This document shows positions 28,036-38,316 of a DNA stretch of 64,000 nt, one piece after another (the stretch's first letter is position 1; every line of letters begins with the position of its first letter). The position numbers were made by a program, and so were the translations under genes. Location: positions 62,001 through 126,000 of IMG/VR virus record IMGVR_UViG_3300032288_004964, one strand, 5' to 3'. The notes beneath the pieces are model-generated. The model was not told the DNA's origin, did no database searches, and worked only from the letters and a program-made list of their open reading frames with translations.

Positions 28036-30125
28036 TTATCTAATAATATTTTTTTATCATATGTCTTTTCCATCCAGTCTTTTCCGGTAAATTTAAAATT
28101 AGGAGACTTTTCTGACATCCAATTATAAGCTATTTTTATATTTTTAATATTTGTTTCTGAAAACATATTTTCTTTTTTTTGCCAATATGATTCATGTTTT
28201 TCGTGATATGATACATTGGGTGTTTCACAGACTAATCCTTGTTTTTCAAATTGTTGTTTGAAAACTATATCTCCTTCTATACTTTTACCCATTGTTATTC
28301 TAAAAATCCAATCCCAACTAGGTCTACCTATTATTTGACCATCTGGTATATAGTCTCTCCATTCCCTCCACCATGATTTAGTTACTGCGAACAAATCAGC
28401 ACCTTTTGGATGATCACCACAATCTGACCATTTAGCTAACTCTACTTCCTCTTTACTCATTTCTCTTTCTAACTTAAATGGGAAGTCTTTTCTAAATGAA
28501 AATGTACACTTCCACCTATTACAAGATTCTACTATTTTTTCATATAAATCATCTGTTAAACATATATCACAATTAGTGTACATGACTATATCATTATCAT
28601 TTTGGCACATATTATATCCATAATCAAACAAATCTTTTATCATTGGTATCTCTAAATCATCTATCCTGTTATATCTTAAACAAGGAATAATTTTTTTATT
28701 TTCATATAATTTTTTCCAAGTTTTCTGTGCAAATTCTATTCTTTTATTGGTTTCAACATCATATGATTTGTACAAGGATGATACATGATATATAAATTGT
28801 TGACAATCTTCTATATCAGATTCCATATCCGTTTTTAATTTCTCTCCAAAAAACAAAATATCACTTAAAGATTCTAAAACATTCTTATGAGATTGACTAT
28901 GAAATAACTCATAGAATTCAGAATCTGATAAAAACCTATCTGTCTTTCTTCCTTTCCAGTTTTTATAAGCATCTCCTAAGTGTATAACTGACTTCTCAAA
29001 CTTACCTCTTTTTGTAAATTTGTCTCTAAATTGTAAATCACTCCATGCAGCATCATCTGAAAACTCAGGAAATGGTAATTCCTTATTAATATTTGAATTG
29101 TTAATATTAAATAGTTGGAAAAATCCTAATCCTTTATTTATTTCATATTTTCCTAATTTTTCTATTTCTATTTTACCTTCTTCCCAATCTCTATAAGTAT
29201 TATAATCTTTACATATATACCTATCTGATGTGTATAATAAATCAATATCAGTATCAATATTTATTTTTTGAGTTATTATGATATCAGCATCTAATAGTAA
29301 AATCCAATCTGGATTTTCAATTGATTTTATACCATCATTTATAGCTTTTCCTTTATTAAAAGTAGCTCCATTTTCATACATTCTATCTGTGACCACACAT
29401 TTAACTCCAAACTTATCACATATTTTTTGACACATTAAATCATCAGCTGATGTTACTACTGTTATGTCCTCAAAATATTTAATATTATTACTTAAAGAGA
29501 GTAATAAGTAATCATTATAGTTAACTGAGACTATAATAACAGATATTTTATTAATTTCATTTATTGGATTTACTACAATTGATTCTATACTATTTGATAT
29601 AGTTCTTCTAGATACCGGCTTTGAAACCTTAACCATTACTGATTCTTTATCTGGATTTATATTAGGTCTTTTATTTATAACATTAATATCTAATGTTATT
29701 TTATTAGAAATTATAGAATCTATTACATTAACATTATCTTCTATTTTAGAACTTGAATTGAATATTAATGCGTCTAGTGAATTTTTATTTTCTTTTCCAT
29801 TAAATTTTGAATTTACATAAATTAAATTTTCAATTAGGTTAATTTTATTAACTTTAAATAAACTATTATCAAATTTTGCAAACTTATTTGCCCATATTAT
29901 AGTTTTATTTGGATATATTTTATGTACAGCCTTTAGTAGCTCTATATCAGTACCTTTGTTTTCAAAAACAACAACTTTATTTTTATTTAAATTAAAATAT
30001 GGAAAATTAACAAAGATGATTATTCTAGATATCAATGAATTGGATATATTATAATCCAGTGAGTTTATAAATTCTGGTCCAAAATCATCAAATTCTTTTT
30101 CTGTTAATTTAATTACAAGTATCAT
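28032..30125 (-). CDS. Multidomain glycosyltransferase (GT2 plus second GT domain)
   Basis: ISVIIVSVNY, FNKGKAIN, LLDADI, GFFQLF; then YTNCDI, GADLF, IGRPSWDW. Confidence 0.75.
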   Translation of the reverse strand: MILVIKLTEKEFDDFGPEFINSLDYNISNSLISRIIIFVNFPYFNLNKNKVVVFENKGTDIELLKAVHKIYPNKTIIWANKFAKFDNSLFKVNKINLIENLIYVNSKFNGKENKNSLDALIFNSSSKIEDNVNVIDSIISNKITLDINVINKRPNINPDKESVMVKVSKPVSRRTISNSIESIVVNPINEINKISVIIVSVNYNDYLLLSLSNNIKYFEDITVVTSADDLMCQKICDKFGVKCVVTDRMYENGATFNKGKAINDGIKSIENPDWILLLDADIIITQKINIDTDIDLLYTSDRYICKDYNTYRDWEEGKIEIEKLGKYEINKGLGFFQLFNINNSNINKELPFPEFSDDAAWSDLQFRDKFTKRGKFEKSVIHLGDAYKNWKGRKTDRFLSDSEFYELFHSQSHKNVLESLSDILFFGEKLKTDMESDIEDCQQFIYHVSSLYKSYDVETNKRIEFAQKTWKKLYENKKIIPCLRYNRIDDLEIPMIKDLFDYGYNMCQNDNDIVMYTNCDICLTDDLYEKIVESCNRWKCTFSFRKDFPFKLEREMSKEEVELAKWSDCGDHPKGADLFAVTKSWWREWRDYIPDGQIIGRPSWDWIFRITMGKSIEGDIVFKQQFEKQGLVCETPNVSYHEKHESYWQKKENMFSETNIKNIKIAYNWMSEKSPNFKFTGKDWMEKTYDKKILLDK

Positions 30126-30155
30126 AAAGTTATATATAAAGAAAAATCATTTCCA

Positions 30156-30560
30156 ATGAAAAAAACTATAGGCAGATGTGAAAAAATTTCACTTGTGGAT
30201 TTAGGATTAGATTCTAAGGCTAAAATAGACACAGGTGCTTATTCAACCGTTATTCATGTTGATGGTGTTAAAGTTATAGATAATAAATTGCAATTTTGGA
30301 TTGGTGATAAATCAAACAAATTTACTTTTTATGATTATAAAAAAATAACAGTAAGAAGTTCCTTTGGAAAAAAACAAAAAAGATACAGTATTTTAACTAG
30401 ATTAAAAGTAGGTAATAAAGTTTATAAAATTTATGTATCTTTAACAGATAGAAAAAAAATGAAATATCCAATATTAATAGGTAGAAGATTTCTCCATAAG
30501 TTTGGATATATTGTTGATGTAACAAAGAAAAATATTTATGATACCACTAAAAAGGTGTAA
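30156..30560 (+). CDS. Retropepsin-like aspartic protease (RimK-associated/DUF785 type)
   Basis: AKIDTGA, LTDR..MKYPILIGRRFL. Confidence 0.85.
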   Translation: MKKTIGRCEKISLVDLGLDSKAKIDTGAYSTVIHVDGVKVIDNKLQFWIGDKSNKFTFYDYKKITVRSSFGKKQKRYSILTRLKVGNKVYKIYVSLTDRKKMKYPILIGRRFLHKFGYIVDVTKKNIYDTTKKV

Positions 30561-31056
30561 TTATATCACCGGTGATAGTTCCTCAGTATCTTATGGATTA
30601 GATAAGATAATTAATTTTCTAGAATTAGAAGGTAAAAATATTATTGTTTTTTTCCCTAAACCAAAATCATATTACAATTCTCTTACTTATTTCGTGAATA
30701 ATAGAAAAGAGTATGATGGATTTGATAACCTAAAGTCATTCATAGAAACCGAAGGAACTCTTTTTAGAGTTAATTTAATAATTTTAGATATTTGGCATTT
30801 AAGAAATTTAAGTAAAGAATATATTGACTTAGTAAAATCAACAGGAATTGATTTTATATTAGTATCTAGAAATTATCATTATACTTCTTCAGAAGATGTT
30901 TGTGATTATCACATAAAAAGAGAATCTGTTTCACATAGAAATTCAGACCAATTTTTCATAACAGATAAACTAAATGGTTGGACTACCGATTTAGATGCTC
31001 TTAGAATATCATATATTAGAGATATTAAAATAAACAAATTATTTGACAAAGAATAG
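30538..31056 (+). CDS. Possible degenerate P-loop protein with RDxKI tag
   Basis: YITGDSSS, LIILD, C-terminal IRDIKINKLF. Confidence 0.45.
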   Translation: MIPLKRCNYITGDSSSVSYGLDKIINFLELEGKNIIVFFPKPKSYYNSLTYFVNNRKEYDGFDNLKSFIETEGTLFRVNLIILDIWHLRNLSKEYIDLVKSTGIDFILVSRNYHYTSSEDVCDYHIKRESVSHRNSDQFFITDKLNGWTTDLDALRISYIRDIKINKLFDKE

Positions 31057-31110
31057 TTAAATTTGTTAAATGTTAAATTTATCCGTATATTTATATTAAA
31101 TATAAACTAA

Positions 31111-32202
31111 ATGAGAATTAGAAAAAAGTTTTTAAAACTTACAAACTACACCTATCCACATGGAACAGAAGGATTTTTGAAAGGATTCCTACCTCAAGGA
31201 TATCAAGAAGATGGATATGGTAATTATTACTATCTAATCGGAGATAATCCATCTACAATGTTTACTTGTCACTTAGATACTGCTTGTAGAGAACAAGAAA
31301 GAGTAAAACATATTTTCAGTGGTAATATGATTATGACTGATGGTAAAACAATATTAGGAGCCGATGATAAAGCGGGAATGGTTGTTATTCTTAATATGAT
31401 TGAGAAAAAAGTACCAGGTCTCTATTTATTTTTTATAGGAGAAGAAGTTGGATGTATTGGCTCTGGTTTATTAGCTGATAATTGGAGTAAATTTCCACAT
31501 TCAAAATCTATAACTAAAGTAGTTTCATTTGACCGAAGAGGTACATCATCTGTTATTACTCATCAATTTTGGGGAAGATGTTGTTCAGATGAGTTTGGTA
31601 AGATATTAGCTGGTAGATTATCTTCAACAAGTGATAGATTAATGTTAGATATTGATGATACTGGTGTTATGACTGATTCTGCTAAGTTTATGAGATTAGT
31701 TCAAGAATGTACCAATATATCAGTTGGTTATTATAATGAACATACATTCAAAGAGTGTCAAAATATTGAGTATCTACAAATATTGTGTGATGCTGTTGTT
31801 CAAATTGATTGGGAAACCCTACCAATTGTTAGAAGTGTTGATGAAATTGATTTTGAAGAAGAAGATGAATATGATTATATTGACTCTGATGATTTTGAAA
31901 TGAAAGATGAGTATGAAGAAGAATTCTTTTCACACTTTAAGTATAAAGATGGTGTTAAGAAAATGTTTATTTCAAAAAGACATATTTCAAAAGAAAGATT
32001 AATTATTTGGAATTGGATTAATTCAAGATGTGAATATAGTGGTGTTAGTTCTTTTACTTGGAATGGAAACTCTCTTCATATTGATAATGAGTTTGTTGGT
32101 AATAGAATTGACCTAATAGATATGATTAGTCAATTATCATCTGTTCCTACATCTGAATTATCTCCAGTTCCTACAAGGATATCAAAAAAAATCCTGATGT
32201 AA
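31111..32202 (+). CDS. M28/M20-clan zinc peptidase
   Basis: CHLDT, GADDKAG, GEEVG, FDRRG, NISVGY.NEH. Confidence 0.85.
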   Translation: MRIRKKFLKLTNYTYPHGTEGFLKGFLPQGYQEDGYGNYYYLIGDNPSTMFTCHLDTACREQERVKHIFSGNMIMTDGKTILGADDKAGMVVILNMIEKKVPGLYLFFIGEEVGCIGSGLLADNWSKFPHSKSITKVVSFDRRGTSSVITHQFWGRCCSDEFGKILAGRLSSTSDRLMLDIDDTGVMTDSAKFMRLVQECTNISVGYYNEHTFKECQNIEYLQILCDAVVQIDWETLPIVRSVDEIDFEEEDEYDYIDSDDFEMKDEYEEEFFSHFKYKDGVKKMFISKRHISKERLIIWNWINSRCEYSGVSSFTWNGNSLHIDNEFVGNRIDLIDMISQLSSVPTSELSPVPTRISKKILM

Positions 32203-32213
32203 ATCAGGATTTT
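32188..32213. terminator. Bidirectional intrinsic terminator
   Basis: AAAATCCTGAT..ATCAGGATTTT. Confidence 0.75.
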
Positions 32214-32218
32214 AATTT

Positions 32219-32407
32219 TTAACCTAGAATTAAACCAGGTGTTTTGTATTCTTTTTGAGAAACTATTTCTAACATTTGACTAGTTGATAGTTCTTTAGGA
32301 TTCCAACCTTTAGTTTTAGAGTATTCACTGATGAATTTTTCTCTTAGAAGATCTATTTCTTCTTTCTTTAGTCCTTGGTTTCCCTTAATTAGTTCTTTAT
32401 TTTTCAT
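32219..32407 (-). CDS. Small hypothetical protein
   Basis: 62-aa ORF, KGWNP..L...Q. Confidence 0.5.
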   Translation of the reverse strand: MKNKELIKGNQGLKKEEIDLLREKFISEYSKTKGWNPKELSTSQMLEIVSQKEYKTPGLILG

Positions 32408-32423
32408 AAAATTAATTTATTTT

Positions 32424-32858
32424 TTACTGTAGTAAGAATATATATACAAATATTTGAATTAGCAAACCTAACACCATTAAAACAGTTCTTTTATTATATC
32501 TCATCAATCCAGAATAGAATACTGGTAAAGTCTTAGACTCATCTTTCCACTTCATTGGATACATTTTATCATCTAATTTATTTCTTGTTAAGTAGTAAGT
32601 TCCGTTGTGGAAGTAACTAAATAACATAACCATAGAAACTGTTGATATTAATGAATACCATCCTAAAGTGTGTACTAAAAATCCAGCAATTAGTAATATA
32701 ACAAGTGATCTTTGTAAAGAGAAAATTCTGTTAATTTCAAATTCACAAGTTCTTCTGCTATTATTTCTATAGTGCCAATAGAATCCTTCTCTGAATCCAT
32801 CCATCATTGAATAAGCTATCCAGATTAAATTTGCTAATAATAATGTAATTATAATCAT
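32424..32858 (-). CDS. Membrane protein
   Basis: 3-4 hydrophobic segments; late-type promoter. Confidence 0.6.
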   Translation of the reverse strand: MIIITLLLANLIWIAYSMMDGFREGFYWHYRNNSRRTCEFEINRIFSLQRSLVILLIAGFLVHTLGWYSLISTVSMVMLFSYFHNGTYYLTRNKLDDKMYPMKWKDESKTLPVFYSGLMRYNKRTVLMVLGLLIQIFVYIFLLQ

Positions 32859-32882
32859 ATTGTATATATTAAAATAATTTTG

Positions 32883-32890
32883 TATCTTTG
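32883..32890 (+). promoter_or_regulatory. Bacteroidota-type -7 promoter element TATCTTTG
   Basis: Matches TAnnTTTG, just upstream of ATG 32895. Confidence 0.45.
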
Positions 32891-32894
32891 TTCT

Positions 32895-33374
32895 ATGTTT
32901 GAGTTAATAGGAAAAATAGAATTTGACCCAGTAAATGTTACTAAAAAACACAATAAACAAGCTTCTTGGAAGAAAACTGCTATGGTTAAATTTGACTGTG
33001 ATATTTGGGAATATTACTCTTGGTTTCTACAAAAAAGATTTAACTTATACTTAAATAAGCCTTTAAGAGGAACTCACTTAACTATTATTAATGATAAATT
33101 TGACCCAGAGACTGAACATTTCTATGACCAAGGTCGTCAATTATTTCACGGTAAAGAAATAAGAATACAATATGATCCTACTTTAATTAGAGCTAATGAT
33201 AAAGGACACTGGTGGATAAATGCTAAGTGTGATGATGCTAGAAATATTAGAAGTGTTATGGGGTTAACTCCAGATCCTTATTTTGGGTTTCACATTACTA
33301 TTGGTTTGGCTACTCACTTACAATTAGAACACTCTAAGTATATTTTAAAACAATGTCTAAAATACAATCTGTAG
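32895..33374 (+). CDS. 2H phosphoesterase-family protein
   Basis: Two HxT motifs (THLTII, FHITIG) about 70 aa apart. Confidence 0.65.
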   Translation: MFELIGKIEFDPVNVTKKHNKQASWKKTAMVKFDCDIWEYYSWFLQKRFNLYLNKPLRGTHLTIINDKFDPETEHFYDQGRQLFHGKEIRIQYDPTLIRANDKGHWWINAKCDDARNIRSVMGLTPDPYFGFHITIGLATHLQLEHSKYILKQCLKYNL

Positions 33375-33380
33375 TTAATA

Positions 33381-33731
33381 ATGGATGATTTTTTTGATAG
33401 TTTTAAGGGTAGACCTAAATATGACCATAAAGTCAGAGTAGTTCATTTTAAGAAAGAACCTTTTGATATTTATATCGGTAGACTACCAAATGGTAAGTTC
33501 AATAAGTGGGCCTACCCAAAAGAACTACGTGATACTTTCCCAGAAGGAACTCCAAGAAAAACAATTGTAGATGCTTATGAACAGTATCTAATTTCTAATC
33601 AGGAATTAATGAATGACTTACATGAGTTAAAAGATAAAGTTCTTGGTTGTTGGTGTAAAGATATTGGTGGAAAAGGAAAATCTTGTCACGGTGATATTTT
33701 AGTTAAATGGGTAAAGAAAACTTGTAATTAA
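33381..33731 (+). CDS. DUF4326-family protein
   Basis: DIYIGR...KW..P...L.EL..K.LGCWC...CHGDIL. Confidence 0.8.
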   Translation: MDDFFDSFKGRPKYDHKVRVVHFKKEPFDIYIGRLPNGKFNKWAYPKELRDTFPEGTPRKTIVDAYEQYLISNQELMNDLHELKDKVLGCWCKDIGGKGKSCHGDILVKWVKKTCN

Positions 33732-33766
33732 AATTTGATATAATAATAGTATTAAATTTATATTAC

Positions 33767-34552
33767 ATGCCAGAATTAGCAGAATTAAAAATCATGTCTG
33801 ATTATATCAATCAGAATGTAAAAGAAAAAACATTTACAAAACTATATCACGTTGAAAAGGGAAATAATCCCGTAGATTCAAATCTAATTGAAAACTTCAA
33901 AGTAGAATCCGTTTCTAACGGTAAAGAATTAGTATTAAGAGTCTATCATGATGTTGCAGATCTAAAATTTTCTGTCTTTATGGGTATGTCTGGTAACTGG
34001 AAGTGGGTTCCAACTGAAAAATGGAATGATACTAAATTTATCAGAATGAGATTAGATTCAACAGATGGTCATTCACTTCTTTTATATGGTTCCTATATGG
34101 GTCCTAAATATAGATTAGGTGGATTTACTGGTGTTAAAAGAGGACCAGATCCAACAAAAGAATTTGATAAATTTAAACAAAATATATTAGATAATCTTCA
34201 TACTAAATTATTTGATAAACCAATTTGTGAAGTAATTTTAGACCAAAAATACTTTAATGGAATTGGTAATTATTTAAGAAGTACCATATTGTTTTATTTA
34301 GATGTCAATCCATTTGAATCTGCTAGAAAAGTTATTACTGACAATCCTAATATTTTAGATTTATGTAAAGATATTCCTCTAAAAGCATATGAGTTAAATG
34401 GTGGTCAATTACAAGACTGGATTAATCCGTTTGATACTGATTATGATGAATTCAAAAAGTGGGTTTTTTATCAAAAAGGACTTAAAGTAAAAGATAAAAC
34501 AGGTAGAACTTTTTGGTTCCATGATAAATGGAAAGATTTCTGTCCTTACTAA
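33767..34552 (+). CDS. nei: Fpg/Nei family DNA glycosylase (NEIL1-like)
   Basis: N-terminal MPELAE, GKEL, GMSG, H2TH LDQKYFNGIGNYL, GRTFW. Confidence 0.85.
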   Translation: MPELAELKIMSDYINQNVKEKTFTKLYHVEKGNNPVDSNLIENFKVESVSNGKELVLRVYHDVADLKFSVFMGMSGNWKWVPTEKWNDTKFIRMRLDSTDGHSLLLYGSYMGPKYRLGGFTGVKRGPDPTKEFDKFKQNILDNLHTKLFDKPICEVILDQKYFNGIGNYLRSTILFYLDVNPFESARKVITDNPNILDLCKDIPLKAYELNGGQLQDWINPFDTDYDEFKKWVFYQKGLKVKDKTGRTFWFHDKWKDFCPY

Positions 34553-34583
34553 ACAATTAGTATCCGTTTGGATATAAAAGATA

Positions 34584-35078
34584 ATGTTTGGTAAAAATTT
34601 CAATATAGTTATAGGAGATAGAGCTTCTGGTAGAACTACATTTCTATTTGAGTTGGCTAGACTGATTAAAAGTTTTGATAAAAAAATATGTTATGTCGGT
34701 GGTACTGATGAATTCTTTGAATTTGCTAATAATTCAGTAGAAAGGATTTATGATTCAGCTTTTTTCTATAAAAATGACATTAGACTATTTCAAAATATAA
34801 AAGAAATAACCGAAAGAGATAATTATGAATACATATTTGTGGATGATATAGATTATATCTCACATGATTGTATAGATATATTAAGTAGTATTAGAATAAA
34901 TAAAATAGCTACTTGTTTAACTGATAATTTACCAATCTTTAATCAAGATATTAATTGTTATGAAATTAAAAGCGATAAAAATACACTTTTATTAAAAATC
35001 GGAGAAGAATTAGTAAAAACAAAAGATATAATAACTACTTTAAGTAGAGACCAAAAAATAAAATCAGTATTAAAATGA
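34584..35078 (+). CDS. Small P-loop-like protein with RDxKI tag
   Basis: GDRASGRTT (Walker A K to R), IFVDD, C-terminal RDQKIKSVL. Confidence 0.55.
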   Translation: MFGKNFNIVIGDRASGRTTFLFELARLIKSFDKKICYVGGTDEFFEFANNSVERIYDSAFFYKNDIRLFQNIKEITERDNYEYIFVDDIDYISHDCIDILSSIRINKIATCLTDNLPIFNQDINCYEIKSDKNTLLLKIGEELVKTKDIITTLSRDQKIKSVLK

Positions 35079-36130
35079 ATTCGGTAGATAAACAATATTT
35101 TGAACTATTAAACCACTTATTAAAGAATGGTGTTACTAAAAAAGATAGAACCGGAACCGGGACTATATCTGTATTTGACTATACTATGAGATTTAATATG
35201 TCTGAGGGATTTCCTTTATTGACTTCTAAAAAAATGTTTACTAAGGGTGTAATACTTGAGTTAATATGGTTTCTAAGAGGTGATACTAATATTAAATATC
35301 TTGTTGAGAATGGTTGTCATATTTGGGATGGAGATGCTTATAAGAGATATTCCATCATCGCTGGTGTGTCTACTCAAGTTCAAACCTTAACAAAAGAAGA
35401 ATTCATAAATAAAATCAAAACCGATGATGAGTTTGCTAAGAAGTGGGGTGAATTAGGACCTGTTTATGGTAAACAGTGGAGAGACTGGCAAGGGTTTAAG
35501 CAAGGTTGGGATTCTATGGCTAATACAGAATATTCTGGTGAGTTTGATACTAAAGGTGTAGACCAAATTTCAAACTTAATTAATGATCTTAAAAACAATC
35601 CAGATTCAAGAAGACTAATGGTTTCAGCCTGGAATGTTGGAGAATTGGATTCAATGGTACTTCCTCCTTGTCATTATGGTTTTCAATGTTATACACATGA
35701 AATGAATACATATGAAAGAAAGATGTGGTGGTGTAGTTCTTTAGGTAAGAATATTAGTTATGCTGAAGACTTAGAAGAAACTGAATTAAATTCATTAAAT
35801 ATTCCTAAAAGAAAATTAAGTCTTAAATGGACTCAAAGAAGTGTTGATTCACTACTTGGTTTGCCATTTAACATAGCTTCTTATGGTTTGTTATTACATC
35901 TTTTAGCTAAGGAAGTTAATATGGTTCCAAGTGAATTAATTTTCTCTGGTGGTGATGTTCATTTATATACTAATCATATTGAACAAGCTAAAGAACAATT
36001 AACAAGACAAACATTTAATCTACCTACATTAGAATTAACTAATACATCATTAGACAATCTAAAGTATGAAGATATTAAAATTCTAAATTACCAATCTGAT
36101 AAGGTATTAAAAGCAGAATTATCAAATTAA
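35075..36130 (+). CDS. thyA: Thymidylate synthase
   Basis: DRTGTGT, LGPVYGKQWR, LPPCH, QRSVD..LGLPFNIASY. Confidence 0.97.
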   Translation: MNSVDKQYFELLNHLLKNGVTKKDRTGTGTISVFDYTMRFNMSEGFPLLTSKKMFTKGVILELIWFLRGDTNIKYLVENGCHIWDGDAYKRYSIIAGVSTQVQTLTKEEFINKIKTDDEFAKKWGELGPVYGKQWRDWQGFKQGWDSMANTEYSGEFDTKGVDQISNLINDLKNNPDSRRLMVSAWNVGELDSMVLPPCHYGFQCYTHEMNTYERKMWWCSSLGKNISYAEDLEETELNSLNIPKRKLSLKWTQRSVDSLLGLPFNIASYGLLLHLLAKEVNMVPSELIFSGGDVHLYTNHIEQAKEQLTRQTFNLPTLELTNTSLDNLKYEDIKILNYQSDKVLKAELSN

Positions 36131-36138
36131 TTAAATAA

Positions 36139-36630
36139 ATGAGTAATATAACATCAAATAATTATTTAGACAACATAGTTGAACTAATTAAATCAATAGA
36201 TACTACTGAGTTAACAGACATAGTTGACCAAACTGCTATGTCAAAAGTAACAGAAGAGCAAAAAGTTTACTTTTGGATTAGACTTTATCTTAAAGATGAT
36301 AATATTAATGCTGAGATTGGAGATGATATTAGCATTAATTGGAAACAATCAGGTGAAAAATTAGTAACTAAGTTTATTTGTTATGGTAAAAAAGGATTAA
36401 ATAAAGATTACAATGATCAAGTAACAAATTATAATTCAGAAGATGATAAAAAATGCCTTTGTTTAATGATTGATACTAAAATGGTTAATTTTAATGATGA
36501 TATTCCTTTTATTAGATCTTTATTTAAAACCGGATATCACTATAAATATCAATTGGTGAAAAGAGAAGATTTACAATTTATTATTGACAAAAATGGAATG
36601 ATTTTAGATTACTTTGATTGTGATTTTTAA
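36139..36630 (+). CDS. Hypothetical protein
   Basis: 163-aa ORF after thyA. Confidence 0.55.
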   Translation: MSNITSNNYLDNIVELIKSIDTTELTDIVDQTAMSKVTEEQKVYFWIRLYLKDDNINAEIGDDISINWKQSGEKLVTKFICYGKKGLNKDYNDQVTNYNSEDDKKCLCLMIDTKMVNFNDDIPFIRSLFKTGYHYKYQLVKREDLQFIIDKNGMILDYFDCDF

Positions 36631-38234
36631 GAACAATCTGGGCAATCTACATTACCACTTCCATCACAAGAATAGCACTCAACCTGGCCTCTTTCATCAC
36701 AGTCAACACAACCTAATTCACCATCACCATCACAGTCTTCACATTTTATATAACCATCTTTACATTCGGTGCATTCAACTTTTCCACTAGCTGAACATTC
36801 ATCGCAATCAGTTTCATTTCCTTCTTCATCTTCGACATGACCAGTTCCGTCACAGTTAGAACAATCTATTTCACCTGAGGCATCACAATTAGTACACTCA
36901 TGTTGTCCTTCTCCAGAACATTCATCACATCTTGTATTTCCTCTGCCATCACATTCTATACAATCTACTTCTCCATCTCCTCCACAATCATGGCATTCTA
37001 TTCTACCACGACCACCACAATACTCACAAGAACCATTACCACCGTCAGTTTCTTCTAAATTATACTCATAACTTCCGTCATTATAATTTGATAATTTTCC
37101 TGTATTAGGATTATAATTTTTGAATGTATCCATATAAGGATAGTAATTATAATCATAACTTGGTAATTCAATTACTATTTCTTGCTCATCTACTGGTTTT
37201 CCATTTAGTAAAAACTTTGTAGCTTCATTACTATCTTGTCTTTCTTTATATAAGAATTCATTCTTAATTGCATATTCTTTGAATAATGTTTCATCTGCCG
37301 AATTATTAGTATAGATTCTGTCCATTATTTTTCTACCTAATTTATCAGTCCATAAAAGAGCTCTTCCTGTTATAGATGTTCCATCTTTTTTATTCATCAA
37401 AACAATCATTGAAACTTTTTCTGGATTTCTAACATAGATATCTAAGAATTTTTGACATTTTTTATGTCTCATACAAGAATTGCCTAATGTCCCATCCATA
37501 CTTTCATAATTTTCAGAAGAATAAAAATCTCTAATTTCTTCACCAGATACTATTTTAAATCTTAAGAAAGCTTCTTTTCTTATTTGTATTATTGATTTGT
37601 ATTTATTAACAAATTCTTCAAGATCTTTATCACTTACTTTCACACCTGCCTTATCCAATATTCTTCTTGCGAATCTACCTACTCCGATTTCACTTTTAAC
37701 TAAATTATCTGTTTGATAATCTAATCCTTGATCACCCATTATAATTTCACCATCACCATCACTATCAGTGTATTTAAAATGAACTACTCTAAGACCATTT
37801 GCATATGTATTTCTCCAGTATGATTTATTTGTGTTGCTTAAAGATGCCATCTCATCAGCTGTTAGTTCTTTTACAATTTGACCTATAGCTCCATTTAGTG
37901 GAATTCTAACATTCTTTATTTCATATTCTCCGTTTTTTTCTAAATTCTCAGATAAAGTATCATATGAAGTTCCTGGATTTATAACTTTTACTTTTAATGA
38001 TTTTAATTTATTCTCAGGTATAAATTTTATCATATCTTCTCTGTCTTTATCTATATCAATGTAATTCGTATTAACATCTACTTCCTTACCATTTAAAGAT
38101 AGTAGTTTACTGGATAAATCTGAATTGATATCATTAAGAACATTCATAAAGTCCTTAGTGTATTTAATATTGGCTTCTAAAAGTAGTTCTAATTTACTTT
38201 CATTTATAAAGTCAATGTATCTGTTAATTTTCAT
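36627..38234 (-). CDS. Putative packaged protein (SCM/GRALxW/MDRIY family) with C-terminal CxxCxGxG zinc-finger array
   Basis: MKINRYIDFINES; LGNSCMR, GRALLW, MDRIY, YPYMDTF; about 11 DnaJ-like CxxCxGxG units. Confidence 0.6.
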   Translation of the reverse strand: MKINRYIDFINESKLELLLEANIKYTKDFMNVLNDINSDLSSKLLSLNGKEVDVNTNYIDIDKDREDMIKFIPENKLKSLKVKVINPGTSYDTLSENLEKNGEYEIKNVRIPLNGAIGQIVKELTADEMASLSNTNKSYWRNTYANGLRVVHFKYTDSDGDGEIIMGDQGLDYQTDNLVKSEIGVGRFARRILDKAGVKVSDKDLEEFVNKYKSIIQIRKEAFLRFKIVSGEEIRDFYSSENYESMDGTLGNSCMRHKKCQKFLDIYVRNPEKVSMIVLMNKKDGTSITGRALLWTDKLGRKIMDRIYTNNSADETLFKEYAIKNEFLYKERQDSNEATKFLLNGKPVDEQEIVIELPSYDYNYYPYMDTFKNYNPNTGKLSNYNDGSYEYNLEETDGGNGSCEYCGGRGRIECHDCGGDGEVDCIECDGRGNTRCDECSGEGQHECTNCDASGEIDCSNCDGTGHVEDEEGNETDCDECSASGKVECTECKDGYIKCEDCDGDGELGCVDCDERGQVECYSCDGSGNVDCPDCS

Positions 38235-38316
38235 ATAAGTATATATTTAATATCCTAATTCAAAATAACTTTTTTTATAAAAATGATATAACACATGTAA
38301 TAAAATAAAAAAATTC

